64,000 bases of DNA from Utricularia gibba (lineage: Eukaryota; Plantae; Magnoliophyta), in assembly GCA_002189035.1 (NCBI GenBank), contig CM007992.1, positions 806,001 through 870,000 of the forward strand, read 5' to 3'. Under the pieces are notes generated by a model, which was given only the letters and a program-made list of their open reading frames with translations, had not been told where the DNA came from and searched no databases. The position numbers were made by a program, and so were the translations under genes. Shown piece after piece: positions 1-12,649 of the stretch (positions within the stretch are counted from its first letter, which is position 1; each line of letters begins with the position of its first letter).

Positions 1-1789
1 CTTGAACTCTCGTTGTGCCACCGATACATGATATCTCATCACTGCATCCATCATACTTTGTCTATCATTAAAATGCATACCCTCACGCAGATGCATCTCC
101 TCTGCCTGTTGTGTATCCATAGATGGGATTCGATCATAATAATCTGCAGAGGGACCTTCTTCCAAGTCATCAAGAGTTGCATCATTGTCATCTACCCCAA
201 TAGATGGTGTAGCACGTATGTTTCCGTCATCCAACGCGGCTACTGCCATAGCCACCTCCTCTGGGGTTGGGATAAATTCATCATCAGAGTCACTCTCGAC
301 AGTATCTGCAATGTAATCAGAATCATCATCACTGTTGTACTCTGGAAATTCCTCATGCTCCTCCATGGGGTCATTGTCAGAGGCAGCATTTTCATGATGA
401 GGCTCAGATGGTTGGGGATGTGGAAAATCGAACGGGTCGAAATCTTGTTCAATGTAGGACGACGGGAGTGAGTTGTACAAATTTTGATAGTATTCTGAAT
501 CGAAATATTGTTGATCTTGAATCGGTTGCGGAGCCATTGGCACTGTTATTCATGAAAATAATTAGTAAAATGTATAGTTATCAAAATTACTTCTCTTCCT
601 ATAATGAATTAATAATTTTTTTACTTTAACCTCAATTCTCTTTATTCAAATTAATTTTTACATTTATTTTCTTTTTATTACATATTGTTATTAAATTTCT
701 TTTTAATTATTTAAAATATTTATACTTTACATCAATATTTTATTATTGAAATTCTTAAATTATTTTGTAAATTTTATTTTAATAATAGTTATTTTTCATC
801 AAAATTATTATTTATTTACGAAAATTAATTTCATAAGTGATATTAATAATAAAAATGCTAAAAAATTACTTACGGTTCTATGCTGAATTAATATTTTTTT
901 TATTTTAATCTCAACTTTTTTTATTCAAATTAATTCTCCACTTATTCTTTTTTTATTATAAATAGTTCTTAACTTTTCTTTTTGATTATTTAAAATATTT
1001 TATGTTTTTATATCAATACCTATTACTAAAATTCTTAAATCATTTTTTTAAGTTTATTTTAAATAGTTCTCAGAATTCATCGGCCAATTAATATTGCCAC
1101 AACCAAAGATCTTTCTTTATGTGCAAATTAATTTTATAATTGATATTAATTATAAATTAGTTTTTAAACTTAATTACCTAAAAATTTAGTTTATTCATTA
1201 TTAAATAAAAATAAATACTATCATCAATATTAATATGATGTATGCTAATATAGTGATCACTTAATTATAAATCTGATGAATTGTGTATATTAATAAAATA
1301 TTATGTAATCACACTCATAATAAGTATCCAAACATTATGCATTACAAAATCAATATTTATATTTAGATTATGCAAAATTTATAGTTTTAATGCATGAAAA
1401 ATAAATATAAATTATATTCTGAAAATATTGTACTTACCGGAATAACTAGAAGAAGCACATTGACTCATGCTATCATCAATAATATATAAGTCCACATCAT
1501 ATTGTGAGTTGAATGGATTCAAGGCATACCGTAGACCGGATTCATCAGAAATTGGGAAGAAGTTGAAGTCGTGAGTGTTGACATCGTAAAATTTGACTTT
1601 GATACGAACAATACGAAAATCTACAACTATATTTACCTCACGTTGTAAAATCTCGATAAATCGTTCTAGTGAAATTGTAGGTTTCACTAGAATCACCTTT
1701 ACGGGGTCACGATCATATACAACAGAATTGGAGTATTGATCTCTTAAGATATTTCCACCGGAGAATATACGGATTGAAACCTTTGACAT
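1..1789 (-). CDS. Mutator-like (MuDR/MULE) transposase, 5' part; exons 1789-1438 and 542-<1
   Basis: Exon 1 reads MSKVSIRIFSGGNILRDQ...VVYDRD, like the N-terminus of plant MULE transposases. The donor G|GTAAGT (1437) and acceptor AACAG|TG (543) join in frame at phase 1. Exon 2 is open to the window edge and ends LREGMHFNDRQSMMDAVMRYHVSVAQREFK, matching the MuDR transposase domain pattern after an acidic linker. Confidence 0.85.
570..1070. repeat. Diverged direct duplication (279 bp spacing) inside the transposase intron
   Basis: GAATTAATA at 606/885, TTTATTCAAATTAATT at 641/920 and ATTATTTAAAATATTTTAT at 706/985 are all 279 bp apart. Confidence 0.8.
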
Positions 1790-2785
1790 GATGATTGTGA
1801 GCAGCAATTTTTTGCAGGAAACTAAACGTAGGATATAGATGGAAGATGAGAGGTGTGGAAATGAAAAAGAAGTCAATTTAAATAAGAAGGAATTGAGACA
1901 TTATTTAATATTCAACTAACTAAATGCTTTTGAATTAGTCATGGGCATGCTACGGCCATTCATTTTCAACAGTTTAATTAAATTAAAATGAAACAATAAT
2001 TTTATATTTAACCACCCATGTGATCTCTTCAAATAATTCATATGGTATAACATTTATAAAAAATAGTTTTGTATAATTGTTAATTACATTTATTAAATAA
2101 AAATAATATATTAAAGATGTATTTTGTAAACTAAATATACAAAAGTATGTATTTTGCAAACTAAAACCAAAAGGATGTATTTTGCAAACTAAAATACTGA
2201 AGTGATGTATTTTACCAATTTTTTCCCATGTTGGGGTCATTTTGGTAGGTGGCATCTCCTCTCCTACCCACCCTATGGTGGACTTGTCCTACACCTACAT
2301 CTCTTTCTTTCTTTCTCTTCATGAGCCATCTTTGTGTTTCCCCTTTTTCAAAGTTGTATAAATTATGAAAAACACATTTATAGAACAAACATGAAAAAGC
2401 AAATCAAACATGATCTTAAAATATTCTGCGTTTCATAGTAGGTCCAACAAATGGTTTTTAGAATATGCTCCTCACACCGCGCTAAACATTTACAAGTGAA
2501 GTGTCTCTTTGGCTGGGGTTACCATTGCAATCTTCTCTTCACTTTGTTTAGTGAATGCATATGCTAAGCAGTGTCACATGCTAATTACAGCAGTGTAAAG
2601 TTTTTGTCCGCATTTTCTGGTATGATACTCAGAGCAACCAATTTACTTCACGACCGAGCAATTCATTGGTACAAAATTTTAGTTTTATGGTGCCTCCACC
2701 GACAACCAATCAAGAATAATAGAGAGAGCGTATTCGTCTTACACTAGAGATGTGTACTGGATGGACTGGGCCATTCAGTTTCTTC

Positions 2786-5023
2786 TCAGCAGCTTGATTT
2801 TCTTCCCTTGACAGAAAACCTATCGCTCTTTTCAAGCTGCACAGAGTAGCAGCACAAGTATTAGGCCCAAGGAGTGGACAAAAACAAACAGTGACGCCAT
2901 TGGTAGATATAACCTTCTGCTTTAGAAATATGATGGCCTCAGCGGGGGGTATGTGGTCAGTGTCGAAGGGGAGTGTTCGTTGATTAGATCCTTGAGCTGC
3001 TCCAGCTTTAATGACTCACCAGGTACCTACACAGTGGAGAGCATGAGGCCGAAATGTGGGGAAAGAATAGCTAAGCTAGGGGTAATGAGGAGAAACAGAC
3101 CTGCTGAAGAAGCTGTCTGCATAGCTTCTTAAGACCAGGCTTCGCAGCAGCAACTTTTACCACATCCAAAGTGCCTTCACGTTTCCTCTTCACTGAGGAA
3201 CATGAATCTGATGAATCCGAGGTGCCATGATCAACAGCATCATCATCATCATCACTGAATGTGGTCTTTTTGCCTTGAAAGTAGCAGCCTGCAACTTTTT
3301 TTGTTCGATCTTTGATTCCAAGCCCCTGCTTTCCAGAAGTCGCCTTGTCCTGAAAAGAACAACAGTCCCTACAGCTCTCACTTGGGCACAAGATGGGAAG
3401 AGAGAATAGAATAATAGTGTACGCTTCTGATTCCTCTAAATTCATGCATGATAACTCTATTCCAAGGAAATACAAATACTAGCCGTACTTGCACGCTATT
3501 GTAAAGATTCTCCTGATCATCCTCATTGAACATGGTCCTTTCATTTGGCTTTGATGCAACCTCAGAAAGGTGAAGTTTCTTTCTTTTGGATTCAGCACCA
3601 AGCAAGCCACCGGTGACAAACCCAAACTTGTGACCCCACCAATCAGGTGGAACATCCTGCACCTTTTCGATGTCTACAACATATAGAGTAATCCAGTCAA
3701 AAATTTTACATACAATACAAGCAGTGTACTGAATAAACACTTATTTAAGCTCAAATATATCTAGCATCAACTAACATTTATTTTGACGATGCAACAACAT
3801 AACATTACCTATTCCAGGACGATTTTCAGTTTTTACACCTTCGACTTCAAGACCAATATGGACCCGATCGGGTTCATTTTCTTCCCTAATACAATTGGGA
3901 GGCTTAGTCCTGTTTACCTAAAATCATCGAATGAGGCTGTCATATAAACAGTATCAAAGGAAGGAGAATCAAGAAAGAGATAAATAAATCCATACAAGAA
4001 TTCCTTCAAGATCCTGTGAAGAGTACCCACGCACAAGCTTCCTTTCTCCCTCTTCTTATACCTATTTGTACACTATCAGCACTCATGCTAAAGTATTCGA
4101 TAAATAAGTTCATTGAAAAACATTCATATAGGGAAACAGCACACGTTCTAGACCACTAACCTTCCTTGAGGCCGAGTGACCTTTGGACCCGACTCTTCAC
4201 AATCCCCAGTTGACATCGGTTTAGTGAGTTCGATATTTTCATCTACAGTTTACACATGCAAAATTAAACCTAAAATCCTTAAAAAAAGTTTTTAAGAATA
4301 ATTCCCACCATGATGCTAATAAGGTTTACCTGAATCCACATTAGCAGCAACAGCATGCTGCTAAACAATCCCATTAAAATACCAATTAGAGGCAGAATAT
4401 ACAAAAGAAATGACCATAATGCAAATGAAGAATGAGATGAGACCGGTTTACCACTTGTAACTTCTTGAGAATGCTATCAAATTGGGACGTATCGAAAGCC
4501 CATTCATTAGGCTTTTCTGTTCCTACACCTGCATTCAAGATAAAAATGAATGGTAAAGCCATAAAATCCACTAAGAAAGTTAGGATCATAGAACGTAACC
4601 GCTAAAATGGAACAATGGGAAAGAGGGGAACGAAATAGCTGACCTAGCGTGTCCTGTTTGTTCTTCACCCTCACATACCCCTTAATTCCTTGCTTTTCTT
4701 TTCCAAGCCCTTCTCCTTCTTCCCACCCCTGATCACATTCGGAAGCTCTTATTATCAACAAATAAAAGGTCGTATATTTTGACACAAAGCACATACACCA
4801 CATCAGTTACACCGATCCACAAGCACAGCACTAAAGGCCTAAAATCACCTCACCCTCAACCTTCCATAGACTTCCTATATACAACACGCATGATTGCTCT
4901 AATTCACAAAAGAACCATATCGCGAGGCGTTTCATGCATGATTACCATTTGTTTCATGAGGCGGAAGGCGGCGGAATTCCTGTCAACTCCGACGTAGCGC
5001 ATCGGAGCTTCTGGCGCCGCCAT
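2786..5023 (-). CDS. G-patch domain protein (PINX1/GPATCH4-like, At1g63980-like; ribosome biogenesis); two apparent 1-bp deletions
   Basis: Spliced translation [26 protein letters not shown]|[29 protein letters not shown]|[23 protein letters not shown] ... [19 protein letters not shown] ... [15 protein letters not shown] ... [12 protein letters not shown]. Frameshifts at about 4040 and 2944-2949. The exact stop is uncertain (2786 or 2775). Confidence 0.9.
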
Positions 5024-5685
5024 AAGCTCAACTGGATCTCCACCTCCGGCAACACCTACTTTCCTCTAAAGCCGAAGGCACTGCCCTGGAAAAACAACAA
5101 CGAAATAAAACCTAGACCGCCAGCGACGTTCAAACCTAAGGCTAAGATTGTTCACACTGAATCCAACGGTGGATATGAAACGAAGAAATGTGACGGGCCG
5201 ACGCTTAAAGCCCATTCCTTAGTGGGCTTCATTAGCCTTTTAGGAGCCCACCAACGACGACTAGAAACAAAATGTCGCATAAAAAAATCTAAATTTCTTG
5301 AACTACCTTTAGTACATATTTCTATAATAAATTTCTCCAAAAAAATGAGAATTAGAATGAAAATGATAAATAAAATGAATTAATATAATGGGAGCATAAA
5401 ATAAATATTATATTCTATTTCAAAATAAAAATTTATTTATAATAATAATTTATACAATAGGTTTGATTCCCACTTCCTGCTAACCTAAAAATAAAAAATT
5501 GAAGAATGAATTTTAAAAAATGAAACTACTGAAAAAATGTTTTAATTGTATTATCATTCTAAAAAAATGAAAAATGGATATATTCTACAAAATTATTACA
5601 ATTTTTTAAAATTAAAAATAAAAATGTATACGAAATATAGCCTTAATCAAATATTTGACATGTAAAACGGCGTCGCATCACACAG

Positions 5686-8600
5686 TCACTGGATGTAGGC
5701 AATGGTACAGCCGTAGTTGGTATCACTTTCAGGCTCAAACTTTGCTACGCGAGGATGCTTTCTAAGTAGCCCCAACACATGCTCTTTCAGAACTCCGGTT
5801 CCCGTCCCATGAATTATGAAGAGAACAGAGTTTGGCTGTGTGGCAGCAATCGCCATTTCTACCTGAAAACTGGCTTCTTGGACTCGCATCCCTCTTAAAT
5901 CCAAGCTGTTTTTTGATGTCTGCACCACAGGGCCATAGCCACTGGGGGAGGCCTCCTCCACCCTTTTGGTATCTGGAGTCCTTGTCCTCTTGGCAGATTG
6001 ATCCTGCAAATATACAAAATAACATATGCAGTAATACGCACAGATTCAAGAAACATATAGGAAGGGAGTTTGTGTGGGATGTACTTGATTGCTCTGGCGC
6101 AGGGCAGGGGCCTTGCTGTTCTGGTCATCTTGAAGGGGTTTTATGCTGTTTATATCGACCCGGAGTCTTATTTTTCCACATTGAATGAGGACTGTATTGT
6201 CATCTGCAGGTGGCTCAACCACAGTAGCCAATTTGTTGCGAAACCCCTTGGCAAGAACTTGGTCCCCTCTCTGTGGTACATAAGTGGAAGTGGGATCTGC
6301 TCCAATTCTTACATCCGTAGAAGGCTGATATTTTTCAACAATGAGAACTAATGCTGATTCTGCATCCTTCAGAACCTTATTGAAATGATCAGGGCTTGAA
6401 TTTTTTAGTTGCTTCTCGAATTCGTGTATCACGGAGTCGATCTCAGTCCTCACTAGCTTCAACTCCTGTTGGAGTTCTTTGGTTTCCCTTTCCTTGAAAG
6501 CTGCTTCAAGCTCACCAAGATGCTTAGCCTCATTTTGTGCCTTCATTGTCAAAGAACAGAAAATCAAGATCAGATCTTTGTTTCACCATGATATAAATAC
6601 CTCCAGAAAAAAGGCTGTCATTCTTGAAGTCATCTTGGAAAAAAAAAAAAAAACTAGCATGTCAAGAAACTGACCTCGTTATAGAGTTCTAATATATCAG
6701 AGCGAAGTGAGGCAGCTCGTTCAGCCTGTGCTTCAAGTGCACTCTTCTCCTGACTTAGTGACTGATAAAGCATTGTGTTGAGATTCTGCATATTTTCAGG
6801 TCTAAGCTTCTGCACCCAGGATTTTGCCTCCTCAATCACCTTTCGGTCAAATCCAATTGTTGTAGCAATGTTCAAAGCATTTGACTCCCCCATGCTTCCC
6901 CACAGAATCCTGTAGGTGGGCTCTAGACTTACCTTGCAGAACTCCATAGCTGCATTCTCAAACTTGGCACTTTTTTCTTTCAAACGTGTTAAATCTGCAT
7001 AATGAGTAGTCACAACAGCCAGACTCACTCTGTCTTTGAGATATTGCAAAATGCTGACTGATAAGGCGACACCCTCAGAAGAATCAGTTCCACTTCCAAT
7101 TTCATCAAGAAGTATGAGTGACTTTTCAGTAGCCACATCCAGGATACTGCATATTCGAGATATGTGTCCACTAAAGGTTGACAGGCTTTGTTCCAAAGAC
7201 TTCAATTCGGAAATACAAAACACAATATCAACTTGCACTCTTAATGAGAGAGTAAAACAATTATCGTGTATCGAAAAAACAAGGCTACCTGATTGTCACC
7301 AATATCAGCAAGAACAAGATCAAACCATGGTAGTCGTGGTTGGCTTGATGCGGGGAGGTACATTCCAGCCTTCAACATTATAGAAATCAACCCCAGAGTT
7401 TTCAGGGAAGCTGTTTTTCCTCCTGTATTCGGACCGGAGACAACAACTACCTTCACTCCACGATTAATTCTGAAGTCTACGGGAACAGGGAAGTCTGAGC
7501 TACAAGGCCCTTTTCCAGATTCTTCATTTTCAGTTTTCTTATCAAAAGAGCCATCATAAAGAGAAATGGAGTCGGTAGGAGGTTCCCCAATCCTTGATGC
7601 AAGCAATACAGGATGCCGAACGTCCTTTACATCTACAGCCAAGGAACTAAGCTCATTATCCTGATCATCTGCAAAATCCATATTTGGACAGACCCCTTGT
7701 ATCCATCGAGCATGCCCAGCTCTTGCAAGTGCAAGATCTACTTCAAGCACTCTATCTAACAAATCCTTGATTTGGTAGCTGCACGCAGCAACTTCTCTAC
7801 TAAGCAAGCTCAATACCACTTGCTCCTCAATCTTCTCAGATTCTGATAGCTTTACTTCCAGGTTATTCAGATCAACAGCCTCTCTTGGCTCCATGAAGTA
7901 CGTGGCTCCTGAGTTGCTCGAGTCTAACACAACTCCACCAGGCAATAAAGATTTGTGTGTTGTTCGTACTGCGACACACATCCTTGATCTGCGTTTTGTA
8001 ACGGTGGGTTTGTCGATACCATTGGCATTAAAAATTTGAGTAGACACATGCTTCAAAAGGGAGTCAAGATTTTCCAGGTTCGTTTTCCTTTCTAACCGTA
8101 CTAATTCCAGATCTTCACTTGCCCGGTCAAGGACCACAGCTAGATTACAGTCTAAACAAAATTCAATCTTTTGCTCCAATGTGATCGGGAAATCACACTT
8201 CTGAAGAATTCCAAGCAGCGTATGGCACCTGCCAGAGAATTTGTAGAATAATGCAAACAGCCAAACTAGCAAAGCAATCTCCTAAACGCCAGAAAGTCTG
8301 ATTTCTCAAGCTGAATTTGGAGATGCTGCATAAAAAGAACTAGCAAAAGAATCAAGTAGTACCTGGTCTGCAAATGATGTTCCAAAGCGATGCCCTCCAA
8401 CTGTTCGATCAATTTCCTCACGGACCTCAGCGTCCTAAGCACGGAACAAAGGTCCCCGATTGACAAAACTTCACCCGAGACAGCTGAGTCGACTACTGAA
8501 GAAACATCTTCAATACCCGAGAAATCCAAGGGCCGGGGGATGGCCACGGCAGCAGATGTCTGGTCTAGCAGACGCCGGCTCTCAGCAGGGGTTCGTCCCA

Positions 8601-8835
8601 GAGGAATACGTCCCAATTCAGCCGCAGTAAGGCCCATTGAGGTGGAAGTAAAGAGTGAAAGCTGGCCACAGACGGAAGGCCAATCGAGAACCTTAAGGGC
8701 CTCGACTTGAAGTGATTGGGAGGGCTGTATCGCATCCGGAAAATGAGCGCGTGACACGATAGCGGCAGCGGAGATGGGATCCCTGTACCGCGGTGGAGGA
8801 GCATTCCAGAGGAGTAGGCCATTGCCAAATTTCAT
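5686..8835 (-). CDS. MUTS2: Plastid-type MutS2 (ATPase plus C-terminal Smr domain)
   Basis: Walker A SGPNTGGKT, LLDEIGSGTD, TTHYADL, and the Smr motifs LDLRGMRV and IIHGTGTGVLK. Four introns with GT-AG boundaries. Confidence 0.95.
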
Positions 8836-9302
8836 GGAAGAAGAACGGGCTCGTCTTCTTATCTGAACCCTGTGAATTCTCCCTCTTCTCAATTCCCAAA
8901 TATGAAAATAATAAAAGAAAATTCATTTAAAAATCTCATTTGACTTTATATTAATATCAATTTTTTTTAAAAAAAACACCATTAAAATGCAGTTTAACCG
9001 TGATTTAATCGTTTTAAATCATAGTTAATTTTTTTTTAAAAAAAAGAATACAAGCACATTAGAACTTATAGTCAAGTTCTATTTGTGATCAATTCAGATC
9101 AAAGTTATTTTCACATTAATTTTACATTAATCATTTTTATTAAAAAAATAAACATAAAATTATAAAAATTAAATATTTAAAACGGAAAATTGATTAAATA
9201 TTTGTTATAATAATGTAACAAATAGATTTTATTTGAATTTTCTGAAAAATAAGTACATCTAGAATGAAATTATTCCATTTAAATTAATTGGAATCATATT
9301 TT

Positions 9303-9313
9303 CCGCGCACGTG
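9303..9313. promoter_or_regulatory. CGCG box plus G-box in the MutS2/RING-H2 divergent promoter
   Basis: CCGCGCACGTG contains a vCGCGb motif and CACGTG. Motif match only. Confidence 0.35.
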
Positions 9314-9456
9314 TGAATGGGTATCCTTGTGGCTCTAATCGGGAATAAAGAATGTTTTTCGAGGGTATTTTCGTCATTCAGTAGGTCCACCTTGTCCATA
9401 ACTTCCGCGTCTTCTCCGCCTCCTCCGTTCTGTTGTGTAAAGCTATACGCAAAGAA

Positions 9457-9938
9457 ATGGGAATTCCGGTGACTTTCTTCGACTTCCTCCTCCCAAAATC
9501 GTTCCTCTTTGTCTTCACTCTTCTAGATTTCATCAGGAACTTAGTATCCGACGCGTTTCTTACTCGGGAGACGCCGCCGTCTGCTCCTCCAGAGCCGAAG
9601 TCAGCGACGGCATCGTTGATACGCGAACTGAATCTTTTCCCGGTGGTGAGGTTCTCAGAGGTGGAAGTGGAGGGAGACGAGAGATGCGCGGTGTGTCTTT
9701 CCGAGTTCGAAGTGGGGAGGAGATCCGACGGCTGAGGAACTGTCAGCACACCTTCCATCGGGGATGCGTTGACCGCTGGATGGACCAGGACAAGAAGACT
9801 TGCCCGCTTTGCCGGAAAAACGTCATCCCGGAGGACATGGCGGAGGCTTTCCACCACCGGCTGTGGGCCAAACTGAGCGCCATGGATGAGCCGGAATCCG
9901 ACTACTTGTCCGTGGCACAAAGCGGCGGCTTCTTCTAG
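9457..9938 (+). CDS. RING-H2 E3 ligase, BRH1/RHA1-like; one apparent 1-bp deletion
   Basis: MGIPVTFFDFLLPK...CAVCLSEFEV then, shifted one base at GGGG 9714-9717, GEEIRRLRNCQHTFHRGCVDRWMDQDKKTCPLCR...FHHRLW. This closely follows Arabidopsis BRH1. Confidence 0.9.
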
Positions 9939-10972
9939 TTCCAAAAAAATAAAAAAAAATGCAACTTGCTACCTTAGCAACGCCTATATCTTTCTGATTG
10001 TTGGATCAAACGGAGCACAGTGGACGCCTAGTAATAATCATGACAAGACTTGTCCTTGGACTCAAAACGCTCATTCGCATCACCCACACAACACAAACAA
10101 ACAAACCCGAAAGCGATCCCGGGAGCTCTCCCTTCGCTTTCACCTCCTCAGAGGATGTTTCTCCGTAGCAGAAACAGGAGTTCAGATGTAAATTCCACAT
10201 CCTTTTACCCCATTTTTTAATCCCAGATGGGCTAAGAAGTATACTATTCTCCCTCTATGCACAGAATCACGGAGCACTGGATTCATTACAACTCCAACAA
10301 ATTTGCTGTATAATTTCTCAACACAGAATTGGTCCGATTTGGAGGACTATCACATCAGTCATGCATCACCCCCAAAACGAAGAACTTTGCGCCCAACACG
10401 CAATCTCACAAACAAGCGGTAGCGAGGTTTCAACAGATGAAGCTGCGGCAGAATCACGAAAACGGATGAAGCTGCAACCCCATCGCGGCGGCCGGAGCAA
10501 GGGCCAGGGCTTGGCCGGCGGAGGCGCTCCGTGGGCGCGGGGACAGTGATGAACGGCCACATTTTGGTCCGAAGAGGGGAGCATGGTCCCAGTTCCAGAT
10601 GCTGTCTTGCCCACACAGGCTGCGCCCCCCAACTGATTGATTGCTTCAGATCAATCCAGTCGCGTGATGACAAATAAAACAAACCTAAAAGTGAATTATT
10701 TTATAATAACTTTTGTTTGATACCTAAAAGTAGTAAAAGTATGAAATCTTGCTATTTAAATATGACTTCTTAAAAACTAAATAAAACAACTATTTGTTGT
10801 GTTTGAAAAAATCACGATAAAATTACAATTAAATCGTTTAGAAATACAAATAATTTCTAATAAGAATTAATTTAAATTCATCAAAAAATAATAATAAAAA
10901 ATTACAATTTCATCATAATTTAATCATGATTTAATATTTTATATAACCAAATCATCACAATTTTTTTAAAAA

Positions 10973-11125
10973 AACAATTCAATCACAATTGTTATAATTA
11001 TAAACGATACATGTAGACTTTTTACAATTTTTTTTTAAAAAAAATGAACAATTCAATCACAATTTTAATATCATACCATCATTCTAATTATAAACCACAC
11101 AATGCAGACTTTTTACAATTTTTTA
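10973..11125. repeat. Short AT-rich direct duplication
   Basis: AACAATTCAATCACAATT at 10973 and 11047; AGACTTTTTACAATTTTT occurs twice downstream. Confidence 0.7.
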
Positions 11126-11577
11126 ATCATATAAAACATTGATTATATATCTCATTATCAAACAGGGTTGTTTAGAGAATAATCATTAATTCATTTTTTA
11201 ATAACCAGAAAATGACGTTATCGCAGTTGTTTCAAGCGTGTAGAATGCATGCATGCATTCTCATCTGAATAAACCACCTTACACGACGGAGAAGACGACT
11301 GTGAGATTCAGGTGAAGGATTAATGGTAATATGCAACGGGGTGAATGGGGAGGGGATTACATGCACGGTTAGAGTTTCCTCTGAGGCTCTACACTGACCT
11401 ACAAGCACACCAGCAGCAGCAGTTGCAGCTAGAGTTAAGCCCCCATCACCATCATCATCATCATCAGAGGAGGAGGAGGAGGAAGAAGAAGAAACCAGAG
11501 CACATTACCTACTAAGCTCTAGATACATACACAATGATTCATATATACTACAAATCTCTTGAACATGGATACCCATT

Positions 11578-12649
11578 TCAGATCTCCGCATTGCCAATTG
11601 GTCTCAGCTTCTTCGCTGCCCGGATGAACTCTGTGATCACTTGCACCTCGTCGACTTTCTGCAGAGGGGAAAGCAAGGTTAAAAAGGGTGCTTAAATTGA
11701 ATGGTCTTAAGGAGGAGTAGAAGGCGCGTTACCTGGGATAAGAAGTGCTGCTGCACAGCACTGATGAGTTGCTCCTTGGAGGGGCTCGGGTAAGCGCTTT
11801 CCTGGTAATTGAAGCCGGGAAGTAATGTTATCGCGTGGGAGAAAGAAAAGGAGTAGTCTAACAGATGAATGATGCGTACAAGATGGAAGGCTCGCCAGTA
11901 TCTCCACAGGGATCCGGGTCCAAGCTTTTCCAAATTGACTCTCTGTTTTCAAGGAATGCCGAGGTTAAATGTGTTACGATGAGGTCTTCCTAAGAGCACG
12001 ATCGGACTTACCGGCCGGGAAGCTTCACATTTGGACTCAACTTCTCTGCAGCTACGGTTCACTGACTTTGTTGTGGTTGAAGATGGGAACCATGGCCTGG
12101 AATACCTTACCCTTGGCTTGCTTATTTTGCCGGAGTGAAAGTTTGAAGCTGTTTTCAATCAGACTACTGGTTAGTTTGACCTGAAAATGGGGAAAAAAAG
12201 TCAATTTTCAGAAGAAACTCACGAATGGGACGACGATCCTTGGCACCGTTATCAGAACCACTAGTGGAATCATCAAGATCGTAGTCATCATCTTCCTCAT
12301 TCCCAGTAGGGGGCTCAAGTACACTCAAAGCATTTCTTTGTAGCTTCACTTCAACTCCATTCTTCAATACCTGTGATCACATTACAGAGCAGTTTCAGTT
12401 CCCCTGTTTCGCTTCCCGAGGTTAAGAAACAAGCAGCAAAGATAGAAGAACTGGTACCAGCCAGTGCCAGCCCCCGAGCCCAACAGCTTTCTTGACAACT
12501 CCCTGTAATCCTACCAGCACACTCTTGGTTCTGTTGTTTCCCTTTACAATAACCTTTGTATGCCTTGGAAGAACAGACAATTCCTCATCCCCACTTTCCT
12601 CTCGAAACGGAGACAAAATCCTTGAAGGGTATGTTTCAGTATCCAGCAT
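11578..12649 (-). CDS. SAP30-like histone deacetylase complex subunit (AFR1/AFR2 family)
   Basis: ELSVLPRHTKVIVKGNNRTKSVLVGLQGVVKKAVGLGGWHWL|VLKNGVEVKLQRNALSVLEPPTG ... NLEKLGPGSLWRYWRAFHL ... PSKEQLISAVQQHFLSQ|KVDEVQVITEFIRAAK. Six exons with GT-AG boundaries. Confidence 0.92.

Larger units (their letters stand above)
1..2227 (-). mobile_element. MULE element, one end; TIR at about 2100-2227
   Basis: The terminus reads GGGAAAAAATTGGTAAAATACATC on the - strand. GTATTTTG(C/T)AAACTAAA-type subrepeats occur at about 2119, 2148, 2176 and 2206. The transposase is oriented inward from this end. Confidence 0.7.

Noticed and set aside
2250-2262. 13-nt match to plant U6atac (TGGCATCTCCTCT)
   Set aside because: The flanks do not match and there is no USE or TATA box.
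10438-10458. miR167-like sequence TGAAGCTGCGGCAG
   Set aside because: Only the first 9 nt match miR167, and there is no star arm or precursor hairpin.
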